The notes beneath the pieces are model-generated. The model was not told the DNA's origin. It was given only the letters and a program-made list of their open reading frames with translations, and made no database searches. 12,330 bases of DNA from Candidatus Micrarchaeota archaeon (GTDB lineage: Archaea; B1Sed10-29). Every line of letters begins with the position of its first letter. Positions within the stretch are counted from its first letter, which is position 1. The stretch spans positions 1 through 12,330 of the forward strand of contig CAYLXZ010000022.1 of NCBI GenBank assembly GCA_964388265.1, in the 5' to 3' direction. Made by a program: the position numbers and the translations under genes. This document shows positions 1 to 7,857 of the stretch, in pieces.

Positions 1-30
1 CATGTGCTCTTCCGCCTGAGCTACCCCGAC
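1..30 (-). tRNA. tRNA 5' half (positions 1-30), truncated by the window edge; isotype not determinable
   Basis: Reverse complement is GTCGGGG-TA-GCTC-AGGCGGAA-GAGC-A-CATG: 7-nt acceptor strand, T8-A9, D-stem GCTC/GAGC, A14-G15, G18-G19, then the start of the anticodon stem. The anticodon lies outside the window. Confidence 0.9.
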
Positions 31-78
31 TTCAAGGTATCCAGTAGTAGAACTGTTATTAGTTTAATGCACCCCTCC

Positions 79-94
79 TTATAAAAAACATTTC
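79..94 (-). promoter_or_regulatory. Putative BRE-TATA for the tRNA (could also serve ORF 119 on +)
   Basis: Minus strand reads gaagAAATG-TTTTTTATAA about 50 nt upstream of the mature tRNA 5' end. Plus strand reads TTATAAAAA about 32-40 nt before ATG 119. Confidence 0.45.
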
Positions 95-118
95 TTCCTT
101 CTATTACTGTGATCCAAA

Positions 119-421
119 ATGAAAGTAATTGAAGAAAAAGATGAAGGACTAAAGAAACAAATTATTGAAATTGAGGAAGAGAAGTACATGGTTTCTACTG
201 TTGACTTGCTCCCTCCAGAGATGAGAGAGTCGTTCACGGATGAGATAATAGGGAATATAGAGGATAAAGGAAAGTTTGAAACCAGTATATTCCCTTTCAA
301 GGAAGGAGAACCCGACTTCGAAACAATAATATATAATGAAAGATATGACTCGGAAGAAGAAGCTCTAAAAGGACATGAAAAAGCTCTTAATAAATTAGAG
401 AAAGGGAAAATAGATTTATAA
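119..421 (+). CDS. Hypothetical acidic protein, 100 aa
   Basis: Clean ATG..TAA ORF with A-rich codon style like its neighbours; converges on the 425-814 gene with a 3-nt gap. Motif pattern VSTVDL...FETxIF...RYxSEEEAxxGH. Confidence 0.8.
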   Translation: MKVIEEKDEGLKKQIIEIEEEKYMVSTVDLLPPEMRESFTDEIIGNIEDKGKFETSIFPFKEGEPDFETIIYNERYDSEEEALKGHEKALNKLEKGKIDL

Positions 422-424
422 GGT

Positions 425-814
425 TTATTCCTGTCTTTTGTTCAGGTAGAAGTAGATTGTTCTGACAGGTACATCCATCTCTTCGCTTATCTGGCTAACT
501 GGTTTTCCTTTTTCTCTCATCTGGATCATTCTATCTATCTCTTCTTCGCTGTATTTCTTTGGTCTTCCGGCTGAGAATTCACCTGGCTCTAGTTCTATGC
601 CTCTGTTTTCTAGTTTATCTTTTACTTTTTCTCCTACTTGGTAGTAGAGGCTTTCAGGGCATTTTAGTTTCTCGAGTGCTTCTGATTTTTCCGTGATCTC
701 TTCCACTATTTCTTGTGTTGGTCTTAGTGATATGTATACTTCTTCGTCTTTATGGTCTATTTCAGTCATTCTTTCAAGAAGTTCTTCTTTGTCTCTGCAT
801 CTGAGTACCTTCAT
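425..814 (-). CDS. DUF1699-family protein with C-terminal helix-turn-helix
   Basis: EVYISLRPT...LKCPESLY...GIEL matches my recollection of archaeal DUF1699 proteins. GRPKKYS followed by SQISEEMDVPVRTIYFYL is a resolvase-like HTH. SD AGGTGA precedes the ATG. Confidence 0.8.
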   Translation of the reverse strand: MKVLRCRDKEELLERMTEIDHKDEEVYISLRPTQEIVEEITEKSEALEKLKCPESLYYQVGEKVKDKLENRGIELEPGEFSAGRPKKYSEEEIDRMIQMREKGKPVSQISEEMDVPVRTIYFYLNKRQE

Positions 815-853
815 TTTTTCACCTGTTTGTCTGCATTATTATTGTGTAGGGGG

Positions 854-870
854 GTATTAATAAGTTTTTG
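854..870 (-). promoter_or_regulatory. BRE-TATA promoter for the DUF1699-HTH gene
   Basis: Minus strand CAAAAA-CTTATTAATAC, about 40 nt upstream of ATG 814, in the intergenic gap after top6A. Confidence 0.6.
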
Positions 871-885
871 TATTTATCTTGCGCG

Positions 886-1977
886 TCAAGGTAGGAACTC
901 TTCGTTTTCGAGTTTTTCAGGTAGATAGGTTTCTGCGACGAATTCTAGTGATTTGTTGGCGAGTGCTTGTTGCTCTATTCTTACTCCTTTTTCTCTCATC
1001 TTCTCCATTTGATCAACCCATTCTGGATGGTGCTGGAACCATTCGTATTCTAGGTTATGTTTTAATTTCTTTCTAGCTCCTTTACCTAGTTCTTCTGTTA
1101 CGTTATGTAAGTCGTAGTTGTCTATGTCGTCCATTGTCATGCCTATGTATTTTGCTTCGGGTAGGGCGTATCTGTCGTTTATGTAGGCCATGGACATTGA
1201 TCCGTGTTTTATCACGCTGTGTATGTAGAATCCGTATGGGTCTCCGTCGACGAATACTATGATGGGTAGATCGGTTTCTTCTGAGAGTCTTTTCACGAAT
1301 CTTCTGGCTCCTCTTGGTGGTACTCCTTCTCCTGTTACTAGTAGGGAGTTTAGTGAGTCGTAGGCTCCTTCTTCTATTAGTCTGGATTGCATTGCATCGT
1401 TCTCTATGAATAGTATTCTTTCTGCGTCGTAGTCAACGATGTCTACGTCTTCCACGTTACCTGGGATTGCCCATCCTCCTTTACCTAGGTTTTCGCATGA
1501 GAATTCGTCTCCTGCTTGTCCTATTGTTATGTCTCCGTATATTGACCCTCTGCTTTTTGCGCTTATGTTTAGCTGTGATCTTGGAACGTTTAGCATTGCT
1601 TCTAGGTCTTCTATTACTGCGCTGGATTCATCGTCATTCTCCCATGTGTTCTTGCTGCTTCCTGGTAGTTTGTGTTTTAGATTGTAGTATAGTTCTCTTT
1701 TTCCCACTGTTCTATCGTTTTTTATGTATTCTTCTGCTGCTTTTGCTACTAGGAGTGTTTGCATGAATTTTCTTACGTGTGATGCGTTTATGAATGACCT
1801 GGTGGATTCTTTTCCTGTTATGTCTATTATTTGTTCGTCTTCGTCGAACTCTACGTTTGATCGGGTTCTGCTGGGTATTTGGAATGATGGGGCTTCTTTT
1901 TTGTTCAGTTGTTCTAGTAGTTGGTCTCCGAATTCATCTAGTTTTTTCATGGCTTTTCCGTTTTTGTCTTTAGTCAT
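886..1977 (-). CDS. top6A: DNA topoisomerase VI subunit A (363 aa; start revised to ATG 1977)
   Basis: Catalytic-Tyr motif RELYY, TOPRIM glutamate (FIEND), DxD motif FVDGDPYG and C-terminal RIEQQAL. The GTG at 1986 is part of the SD (AAGGTGAT). ATG 1977 overlaps the top6B end (ATGACTAA). Confidence 0.97.
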   Translation of the reverse strand: MTKDKNGKAMKKLDEFGDQLLEQLNKKEAPSFQIPSRTRSNVEFDEDEQIIDITGKESTRSFINASHVRKFMQTLLVAKAAEEYIKNDRTVGKRELYYNLKHKLPGSSKNTWENDDESSAVIEDLEAMLNVPRSQLNISAKSRGSIYGDITIGQAGDEFSCENLGKGGWAIPGNVEDVDIVDYDAERILFIENDAMQSRLIEEGAYDSLNSLLVTGEGVPPRGARRFVKRLSEETDLPIIVFVDGDPYGFYIHSVIKHGSMSMAYINDRYALPEAKYIGMTMDDIDNYDLHNVTEELGKGARKKLKHNLEYEWFQHHPEWVDQMEKMREKGVRIEQQALANKSLEFVAETYLPEKLENEEFLP

Positions 1978-3520
1978 TTTTATCACCTTCTTCGAGGTCT
2001 GCGAATCTGTCTTCGATTATTGACTCTAGGTGTTTCTTTATGTCTTCTTCGTTTTTCCCTGTTATCTCTGATAGTGATTCTGATATTTCCGGGATATAGG
2101 TTTCAAATGTTTTCTTTTTCTGTTTTCTCTTGTATCTTTTCTTTTTTCCTTTGAGGTACTTGCCGAGTTTTCTTCCGGCTTTCATGAGCGCTAGCCTTAT
2201 TTCTTTTATCACTTCGTCTTCGTTGGCTATTGCTTTTTTTCCTGCGCCTATGTATGGTACGTGGATGGATGTGAAGTTAACCATTATTGTGAGTGGGGTG
2301 TTGTCTTCTACTCCGTATCTGTCCCAGTCCACTGATTCTGCTCCTTGGGTTATTGCGCATGCTCCTTTGTTGAATAGTAATGGCACTCTGTTTGAGAATC
2401 TCAGTATTTCTTTTTCGTCTTCTCCGTTGTTGTTTCCTGATTCTCCTCCGTATGCGAGTGCTACTTCCACGATGAATGGTACTCCTCCTCTGTATATGGT
2501 TGGTTTTCTCTCTATCACGGCTTTGAACTCTGGATCTAGTTGTTCTTCTACTGCTTTTTCTAGTGTTTCTTCTCCTATTGGGATTAATACGTCTGTCGGT
2601 GGTGCCATGAAGTCTATTTCTTTGAATGTGTCTGCTAGTTCTTCTGCTTCGTCCCATTGTAGGGAGCTTGGTTTTTTGTTGAGGTCGAAGCTTACTTTCT
2701 CATCTATTTTCTTTACTTTCTTTGAGCTTATTCGCGTGAAGTCGTTTTTTAGGAATGAACTTATTTTTCGTGACTGGGTGATTGAGGAGTATCCTAGTAG
2801 GTCGTCTACCGTGATTCCGTTTGGATGTGGCTTGGCTTCTTTCGGGGTGGGTGGGATTTCTTCTACGGATCTGTCGTATACTGTGGTGGCTCCTTCTGGA
2901 TCTACGTATGTTATTTTTAGATGTGGGTTTGCTAGTGCTGTTCTTCTTATGTATTCGTCTGGGCTGTATCTTCCTTTTTGGTACATGACGTTCTTTAGCT
3001 CTGTTTCTAGTCGGGTTCCTTTCATTTCTCCGCTGTAGGTTTTCTTGTTCTCTAGCTTGGCTTGGTTTTCTTTCACGTCTATGGATAGTTCTGCTTCGAA
3101 TATTTTTCCGTCTCCGTGGCTTGTTATTACTGTGGTTGGTTTGCCTGTGGTGACTTGACCGAACATCACGGCTCCTGCTGCTCCTATTCCTTGTTGTCCT
3201 CTTTGTTGTACGAATCTATGGAACTTCGTGCCTGCTAGCATTTGTCCGAATGCTCTTCCAACGTAGTTTTCGGGTATTCCTGGGCCGTTGTCTTCTACTA
3301 TGACTTTGTAGTGCTCTGGACCCATTTCTTCTATCTTTATGTATACTTCTGGTAGTGTTCCTTCTTCTTCGCATGCGTCTACTGCGTTGGTTAGGTATTC
3401 GTGTATCACGGTTGTCAGGCTTTTTATCTTGCCTGAGTATCCTAGCATCTGTCGATTTTTCTTGAAGAATTCTGCTACTGAGTGTTCTTGGAATTCTTGA
3501 AACTGGTCTGGTTCTGGCAT
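1970..3520 (-). CDS. top6B: DNA topoisomerase VI subunit B
   Basis: N-terminal SVAEFFKKNRQMLGY; GHKL motifs HEYLTNAVDA, VEDNGPGIP, RGQQGIG, GTR; transducer RFSNRVPLL and VPYIGAGK. SD AGGTGA; coupled to top6A. Confidence 0.98.
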   Translation of the reverse strand: MPEPDQFQEFQEHSVAEFFKKNRQMLGYSGKIKSLTTVIHEYLTNAVDACEEEGTLPEVYIKIEEMGPEHYKVIVEDNGPGIPENYVGRAFGQMLAGTKFHRFVQQRGQQGIGAAGAVMFGQVTTGKPTTVITSHGDGKIFEAELSIDVKENQAKLENKKTYSGEMKGTRLETELKNVMYQKGRYSPDEYIRRTALANPHLKITYVDPEGATTVYDRSVEEIPPTPKEAKPHPNGITVDDLLGYSSITQSRKISSFLKNDFTRISSKKVKKIDEKVSFDLNKKPSSLQWDEAEELADTFKEIDFMAPPTDVLIPIGEETLEKAVEEQLDPEFKAVIERKPTIYRGGVPFIVEVALAYGGESGNNNGEDEKEILRFSNRVPLLFNKGACAITQGAESVDWDRYGVEDNTPLTIMVNFTSIHVPYIGAGKKAIANEDEVIKEIRLALMKAGRKLGKYLKGKKKRYKRKQKKKTFETYIPEISESLSEITGKNEEDIKKHLESIIEDRFADLEEGDKND

Positions 3521-3563
3521 CTATGCGTCACCTTTTTGAAGTTTCTCTGTGATTGTAAGGGTT

Positions 3564-4745
3564 TCAAGATATTAATTTCTTTCGTTTTTCTTCGAGGTCT
3601 TTGTATACGGCTCCGTGGGGTGCTCCTTCTATTATTTTTTCTATTCCTCTTCTTGCTAGTTTTACTTCTGGGATTCCGCCTATGGCGGATACTTTTTTGC
3701 CTTTGATTGAGATATCGGTACCGGTTAGTTCTTCGAGTGTTCTCCTTGCTTTTCCTTTCTTTCCTATTATGCGTGATTTTGTTTGCTTTATTTTCTTATT
3801 TGAATGTCCTACTTGGTCCCGTAGGTCCAGTGTCTTTATGTATATTTTAGGTTCTAGTAGTTTAAAAGCTTTTCGGGGTGGGAATCCGTTGCCTATGGCT
3901 CTGACTACGTTGGATGCTTTTATGGACTTCTCTGGAGCTCTTCCGATGAATCTAGTTAGGGTTAGTTCACCTGTCTTTGAGTTAATGTCGAGTTTAACCT
4001 TTGCTTTTTTTTCTAGTTTCTTCTTTGTTTCTCCGCCTTTACCTATCAATGCACCTACTCTGTCTTTCGGTATTTTGAGGTTTTCTCTGACTTCCTCTGC
4101 TTCTGAAAGAGCTATTGGAACTACTTCCTCTATCTTGTCTATTATATCTCCTGCACCGGCTTCTTCCAGTTCTTCTCTTCCGTGTACTCCTGTGGTTACT
4201 CCTACGGTGTCGCAGCCTGCGTTTTCACCGGTTTCAATATCTACTTTATGGTCTCCGATGTATAGAACTTCTTTCACGCTCACTTCGAGTTCTTTACATG
4301 CTCTTTCAATGGGCTCGGGATCTGGCTTCACGTTCTCCACGTCGTCGCCTCCTATCAACACGTCGTAGATTATCTCTGGATAGGTTTTGATTGTGGAGAG
4401 GGCTTCGGATCTCTTCTTCGTTGTCACTAGACCTATTTTCAGTCCTTCTTCACGTAGTTTCTTCAGTGTTTTCCCTACTCCTGGATAGGGATCGCTTTCC
4501 TCATGGTGGTCGAGGTAATAGTCGGTGTAGTCCTTACTTATCTTCTTTGCTTCTTCTTCATCTACGTTGATTAAATCTGGAAGAGTTTTGACTAATGGAT
4601 AACCTATCATTTCTTTCACTATCTTTTCTTCAGGCAACTTACTGTACCCGTTCTTCTCCAGGGCTTTGTTAACTCCTTTTACCACTGCATCTAGGTCTAT
4701 GAGGGTTCCGTCAATGTCAAATAGAGCTGCCGCGTATCTTTTCAT
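3564..4745 (-). CDS. Fusion: HAD-superfamily phosphatase (PpaX/Gph-like, aa 1-~212) + Dim2/Pno1-like tandem-KH RNA-processing protein (aa ~217-393)
   Basis: HAD motifs I LFDIDGTL, II VTT, III KPDPEP, IV YIGDHKVD. KH part: IPKDRVGALIGKGG, VRAIGNGF, SRIIGKKGKARRTLEELTGT, IEGAPHGAVYKDLE. One continuous frame. Confidence 0.92.
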   Translation of the reverse strand: MKRYAAALFDIDGTLIDLDAVVKGVNKALEKNGYSKLPEEKIVKEMIGYPLVKTLPDLINVDEEEAKKISKDYTDYYLDHHEESDPYPGVGKTLKKLREEGLKIGLVTTKKRSEALSTIKTYPEIIYDVLIGGDDVENVKPDPEPIERACKELEVSVKEVLYIGDHKVDIETGENAGCDTVGVTTGVHGREELEEAGAGDIIDKIEEVVPIALSEAEEVRENLKIPKDRVGALIGKGGETKKKLEKKAKVKLDINSKTGELTLTRFIGRAPEKSIKASNVVRAIGNGFPPRKAFKLLEPKIYIKTLDLRDQVGHSNKKIKQTKSRIIGKKGKARRTLEELTGTDISIKGKKVSAIGGIPEVKLARRGIEKIIEGAPHGAVYKDLEEKRKKLIS

Positions 4746-4779
4746 CTAAAGTCACTTCATTTGGTTAAGGTAACCGTGA

Positions 4780-4794
4780 GTAAAAAGGGTTTCT
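4780..4794 (-). promoter_or_regulatory. Possible proximal BRE-TATA for the HAD-KH/top6 cluster
   Basis: Minus strand GAAACCC-TTTTTAC about 35 nt upstream of ATG 4745. Confidence 0.4.
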
Positions 4795-4865
4795 GATCAA
4801 GATCTTGAACTAAAATCAGTTTCTGAGCACATGATTATTTGTGTATCATAATTTGGTTTAATATC

Positions 4866-4903
4866 GTGATTTAAAGTCTTTTTGCAGAACGCTTTTAAAT
4901 CAC
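4866..4903. promoter_or_regulatory. 38-bp dyad containing back-to-back TATA boxes; probable ABC operon promoter
   Basis: GTGATTTAAA (4866-4875) and TTTAAATCAC (4894-4903) form a perfect 10-bp inverted repeat centred on TGCA (4883-4886). The plus-strand TATA is about 35 nt before ATG 4934. Confidence 0.6.
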
Positions 4904-4933
4904 TGGGGATTAAACTCATACGGTGGCGCTCCG

Positions 4934-5971
4934 ATGTCTTCTAATAGATCCTCTGATTCTAGTTATCCTGTAATCACAGCGAGAAATATAACCAAGATAT
5001 TCAAAGACAGAAGCAAGATTAGAGAGAAGTACGCAAACCAGAACTTCGTCATCAAATGGTTCAAAAAACTGCTTAGTGATAAAAAGAAAAAGGCGCTGGA
5101 TGATGTTTCATTCGAGCTTCAGGAAGGAGAAGTCCTAGGGTTGCTAGGGCCAAACGGAGCTGGAAAAACCACGTTGATGAAGGTACTAACCGGGTTGATG
5201 GAGCCGGATGAAGGAGAAGTAACTGTTCTAGGACATGAAATACCTGAAGAGATGAAGCAAATAAGACCGAGAATCGATGGGATATTCGCCAGAGCAAACA
5301 TGTTCAGACATCTATCATCCTACAGAAACCTGAAGCTATTCACGGAGATATATGGAGAAGAAGTATCTGAAGAAGGAATAGATAGATACATGGAGGAATT
5401 GAATGTTAAAGATAGGAAGAATGCTTACGTTGACCGTCTTTCAACTGGAGAGAGAACAAAGATAAATCTGATTAAAGTGTTTCTAACTGACCCGGAATTG
5501 GTTTTCTTGGATGAGCCCACGAGTGGATTGGATCCCTACATGGCGGTTAAGGTAAGGGAAAAAATAGAAGAGATGAACTCTGAAGACGTCTCGATACTCT
5601 TAACAACTCATCAGATGGAGGAAGCGGACTACCTCTGCGATAGGATAATCATGATAGATGAAGGAAAGATAATAAAAAAAGGAAAGCCAGGGGAGCTGAA
5701 GAAAGAAATAAAGGAAGACACGATAATAGAATTTAGAATGAGGAAATTCGATACAGATACCCTCGAAGAGCTTGAGGAAGAGAAAGAGGTAGAAGATGTA
5801 AGGTATATACCTGAAGAAGAGAAAATAAGAGTGATTTTAGCCTCTGAAGAATACGCGGATGAAGTGATAGGGGAGGTTAGAGACCTTGACTTAGGTATAA
5901 AGAAGATAAATTTCGATGAACCAACATTGGAGGATGTATTCATACACTTAACAGGGAGGGAACTCGGATGA
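4934..5971 (+). CDS. ABC-2/DrrA-type exporter ATP-binding protein
   Basis: Walker A GPNGAGKTT, signature variant LSTGE, Walker B/D-loop VFLDEPTSGLD, H-loop LTTH, C-terminal EPTLEDVFIHLTG. Confidence 0.95.
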   Translation: MSSNRSSDSSYPVITARNITKIFKDRSKIREKYANQNFVIKWFKKLLSDKKKKALDDVSFELQEGEVLGLLGPNGAGKTTLMKVLTGLMEPDEGEVTVLGHEIPEEMKQIRPRIDGIFARANMFRHLSSYRNLKLFTEIYGEEVSEEGIDRYMEELNVKDRKNAYVDRLSTGERTKINLIKVFLTDPELVFLDEPTSGLDPYMAVKVREKIEEMNSEDVSILLTTHQMEEADYLCDRIIMIDEGKIIKKGKPGELKKEIKEDTIIEFRMRKFDTDTLEELEEEKEVEDVRYIPEEEKIRVILASEEYADEVIGEVRDLDLGIKKINFDEPTLEDVFIHLTGRELG

Positions 5972-6768
5972 AGAAGTTTCTGAAGCACTTGAAGATAATG
6001 GGAATAACAGAGCTTAGAAGATACTTCAGATGGAAGATAAGAATATTTTGGGATATATTTGGATCTTTCATAGAGTTTATAGGTTTCTTGGTTGTCTGGA
6101 CAGCTATACTGGAAGGAGGTTTCCAGGGCCTTGGTATGATGACAAAAGATAACTACATAACATTTATATTAACTGGTTCATTGCTTTGGACTGTTATAGA
6201 GAGCTGTTTTGGGAGGATGTCGTACAGTTTTGTTAGGGAGAAGCATAGAAAAACTTTGATTTATCTAATGATTTCTCCTTTGAATAGAATTTCCTATCTT
6301 TACGGTACGTTGAGCCAGCCTTTACTGCAGGTGTTTTTGAGGAATACTCCTGTTCTGATAGTTGCATCTTTAATCGGTTTTGTTTTCCATGGAAGCATTT
6401 TTCTAGCTTTAATTATATTCATCTTAACTTTTCTTGCTTTTTCAGGGATAGGAATTATCTTAGCGGCTTTAGCTGCTTGGAAAGAAGGATTTCGTCAAGC
6501 TGCTTGGGTGATTGCAAGGTCCTTGTATATTATCTCGGGTGTTTATTATCCTTTGGCTGTTTTCCCTGAGCCTTTCCGAGGTGTCTTCAGGATGCTTCCT
6601 ACTACTCAGGCGATTGACGCGCTTAGGAAGGTTGGTCTTCAGGGAGCTGGGTTGGCCGAAGTCTCGGGAGCCTTGATTTATTTAGCTATAGTGGCTGTTA
6701 TCAGTATCTCTATTGGTCTCTGGGTGTTTAAGAGAATGGCTAAGAAGGCGATGTATCTGGGAATCTGA
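5968..6768 (+). CDS. ABC-2 type transporter permease
   Basis: About six hydrophobic segments; REKHRKTL..LMISP, SGVYYPL..FP and LPTTQAIDALR motifs; ATGA overlap with the ATPase. Confidence 0.93.
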   Translation: MKKFLKHLKIMGITELRRYFRWKIRIFWDIFGSFIEFIGFLVVWTAILEGGFQGLGMMTKDNYITFILTGSLLWTVIESCFGRMSYSFVREKHRKTLIYLMISPLNRISYLYGTLSQPLLQVFLRNTPVLIVASLIGFVFHGSIFLALIIFILTFLAFSGIGIILAALAAWKEGFRQAAWVIARSLYIISGVYYPLAVFPEPFRGVFRMLPTTQAIDALRKVGLQGAGLAEVSGALIYLAIVAVISISIGLWVFKRMAKKAMYLGI

Positions 6769-6775
6769 ATCCTGT

Positions 6776-7015
6776 TTATCGGGCTTCTTTGCTTCTTTTC
6801 TTTATTCTTCTTTTCTTCTCTTTTCTGAGCATCTCTTTTTTCTTTTCAGGTAGGTTACCGCTTTTTAGCATGGTGTCGATTTCTTTTACTGACATATTTT
6901 TCAGTTCCTTTATATTTGTTCGGCTAGCTTTTTTTCCTTTTTTTCCTACTTTCCCTATATCTCCTTTTACTTTCTTTTTCTTAATTTTCTTTTTCTTCTT
7001 ATATTTGTCTTTCAT
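6776..7015 (-). CDS. Small, extremely basic hypothetical protein (79 aa)
   Basis: Fills the gap between the permease and the MBL gene. GAGG SD-like site just upstream of the ATG, TTATTTAAA TATA-like element at about 7048-7056, A-rich codons. Confidence 0.65.
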   Translation of the reverse strand: MKDKYKKKKKIKKKKVKGDIGKVGKKGKKASRTNIKELKNMSVKEIDTMLKSGNLPEKKKEMLRKEKKRRIKKRSKEAR

Positions 7016-7072
7016 ATTTTCCTCTGTTTTCTTTTTTGTCTCTTTCTTTAAATAACCTGTGTAATAATTTTT

Positions 7073-7723
7073 CTATGCTTGGTTTTTTAGCTTAACCACA
7101 GTGGTGTTCTCTGGTAGGGACTGGAGGTCTAGTTCTCTTTTTTCTTTGGTTTTCCAGCCTTTCTCTCTTGCTTTGTCCGTGAACTGTTTTTCATCATTTA
7201 TATCCACGGTTAAACCAGGGATCTTGTAGTGCATTGGTATGACTACCTTTGGATCTAGTTTTCCAGCTACTTTGGCTGCTTCTTCTCCGCCTATAGTGTA
7301 GTTTCCTCCAACTGGAATCAGTAATATGTCTATGTCTCCGATTTTCTTCGTCTTTTCATCTGATAGCATGTGTCCTAGGTCTCCTAGATGGCAGATTTTT
7401 TTCCCATCTAGTTCAAAGATATAGATGGTGTTCTCTCCTCTCTTTGCTCCTTCTGCCTTGTCATGGTAACTGTCAATTCCCTTGATCTTAACTCCTTTCA
7501 CTATCTTCTCTCCAGTTTCCTCCTGTACCACTTCTGAATCTGGTTTCTTAACCAGGTCTATTCCTGCTGCGTGGTCGAAGTGACCGTGTGAAACAGTGAT
7601 TATATCTCCCTTTGCCCTAGGTGTGTTTAAACCTACTCCATCTCCGTCGTGCGGGTCAGTGACTACTGTGCGTGAGTTCTTGATCTCGAAGCAAGCTTGA
7701 CCAAACCATTTAAAACGAACCAT
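7073..7723 (-). CDS. MBL-fold metallo-hydrolase (UlaG/Lactamase_B_3-like), 216 aa; start revised to ATG 7723
   Basis: KWFGQACFEI, VTDP, HxHxDH motif SHGHFDH, SYHD, HLGDLG, PVGG, VIPMHY. SD GGAGGG lies between 7738 and ATG 7723. Confidence 0.93.
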   Translation of the reverse strand: MVRFKWFGQACFEIKNSRTVVTDPHDGDGVGLNTPRAKGDIITVSHGHFDHAAGIDLVKKPDSEVVQEETGEKIVKGVKIKGIDSYHDKAEGAKRGENTIYIFELDGKKICHLGDLGHMLSDEKTKKIGDIDILLIPVGGNYTIGGEEAAKVAGKLDPKVVIPMHYKIPGLTVDINDEKQFTDKAREKGWKTKEKRELDLQSLPENTTVVKLKNQA

Positions 7724-7818
7724 CTTGATCCCCTCCATCCATATTATGTTTCTCTTGGGAATTATAACTTACGGTGCATCCAGAGAGAAGACATTTAAAT
7801 AAAGTATTTAAACGGAGT

Positions 7819-7829
7819 CTTATTAATAC
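7819..7829 (+). promoter_or_regulatory. TATA box for the lipoprotein gene
   Basis: CTTATTAATAC ends about 29 nt before ATG 7858; the same 11-mer lies upstream of the DUF1699 gene. Confidence 0.5.
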
Positions 7830-7857
7830 TAACCAGAACGTTCATGGAGGTGAACAG

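Noticed and set aside
1..30. Assigning the tRNA isotype or an attachment site
   Set aside because: The anticodon and 3' half are outside the window; no duplicated tRNA fragment or integrase was found.
2130..3038. 302-aa antisense ORF (also 3601-4368, 5629-5988 and other overlapping ORFs)
   Set aside because: Shadows of well-supported genes; Ser/Phe-rich sequence expected from the purine-rich coding strand.
5430..5470. Degenerate ABC signature LSTGE as a sign of an inactive ATPase
   Set aside because: S-x-G variants are common in DrrA-type ATPases, and Walker A/B, D-loop and H-loop are intact.
6170..6768. Shift to T-rich sequence within the permease as evidence of a chimera
   Set aside because: Partly explained by hydrophobic codons and no boundary repeat is visible. 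It does show that local composition drifts in this genome, which is a caveat for the LamG mosaic finding.
6776..7723. Amber readthrough joining the MBL hydrolase (TAG 7073-7075) to the basic ORF: same frame, 19 sense codons between them
   Set aside because: The spacer has its own TATA-like element and GAGG SD, TAG acts as an ordinary stop at 8490 and 8890, no pyl genes are in view, and such phasing is plausible by chance.
7774..7857. N-terminal extensions given by the ORF track (7774, 7738, 1986)
   Set aside because: Strong SD motifs and domain or signal-peptide starts support ATG 7858, 7723 and 1977.
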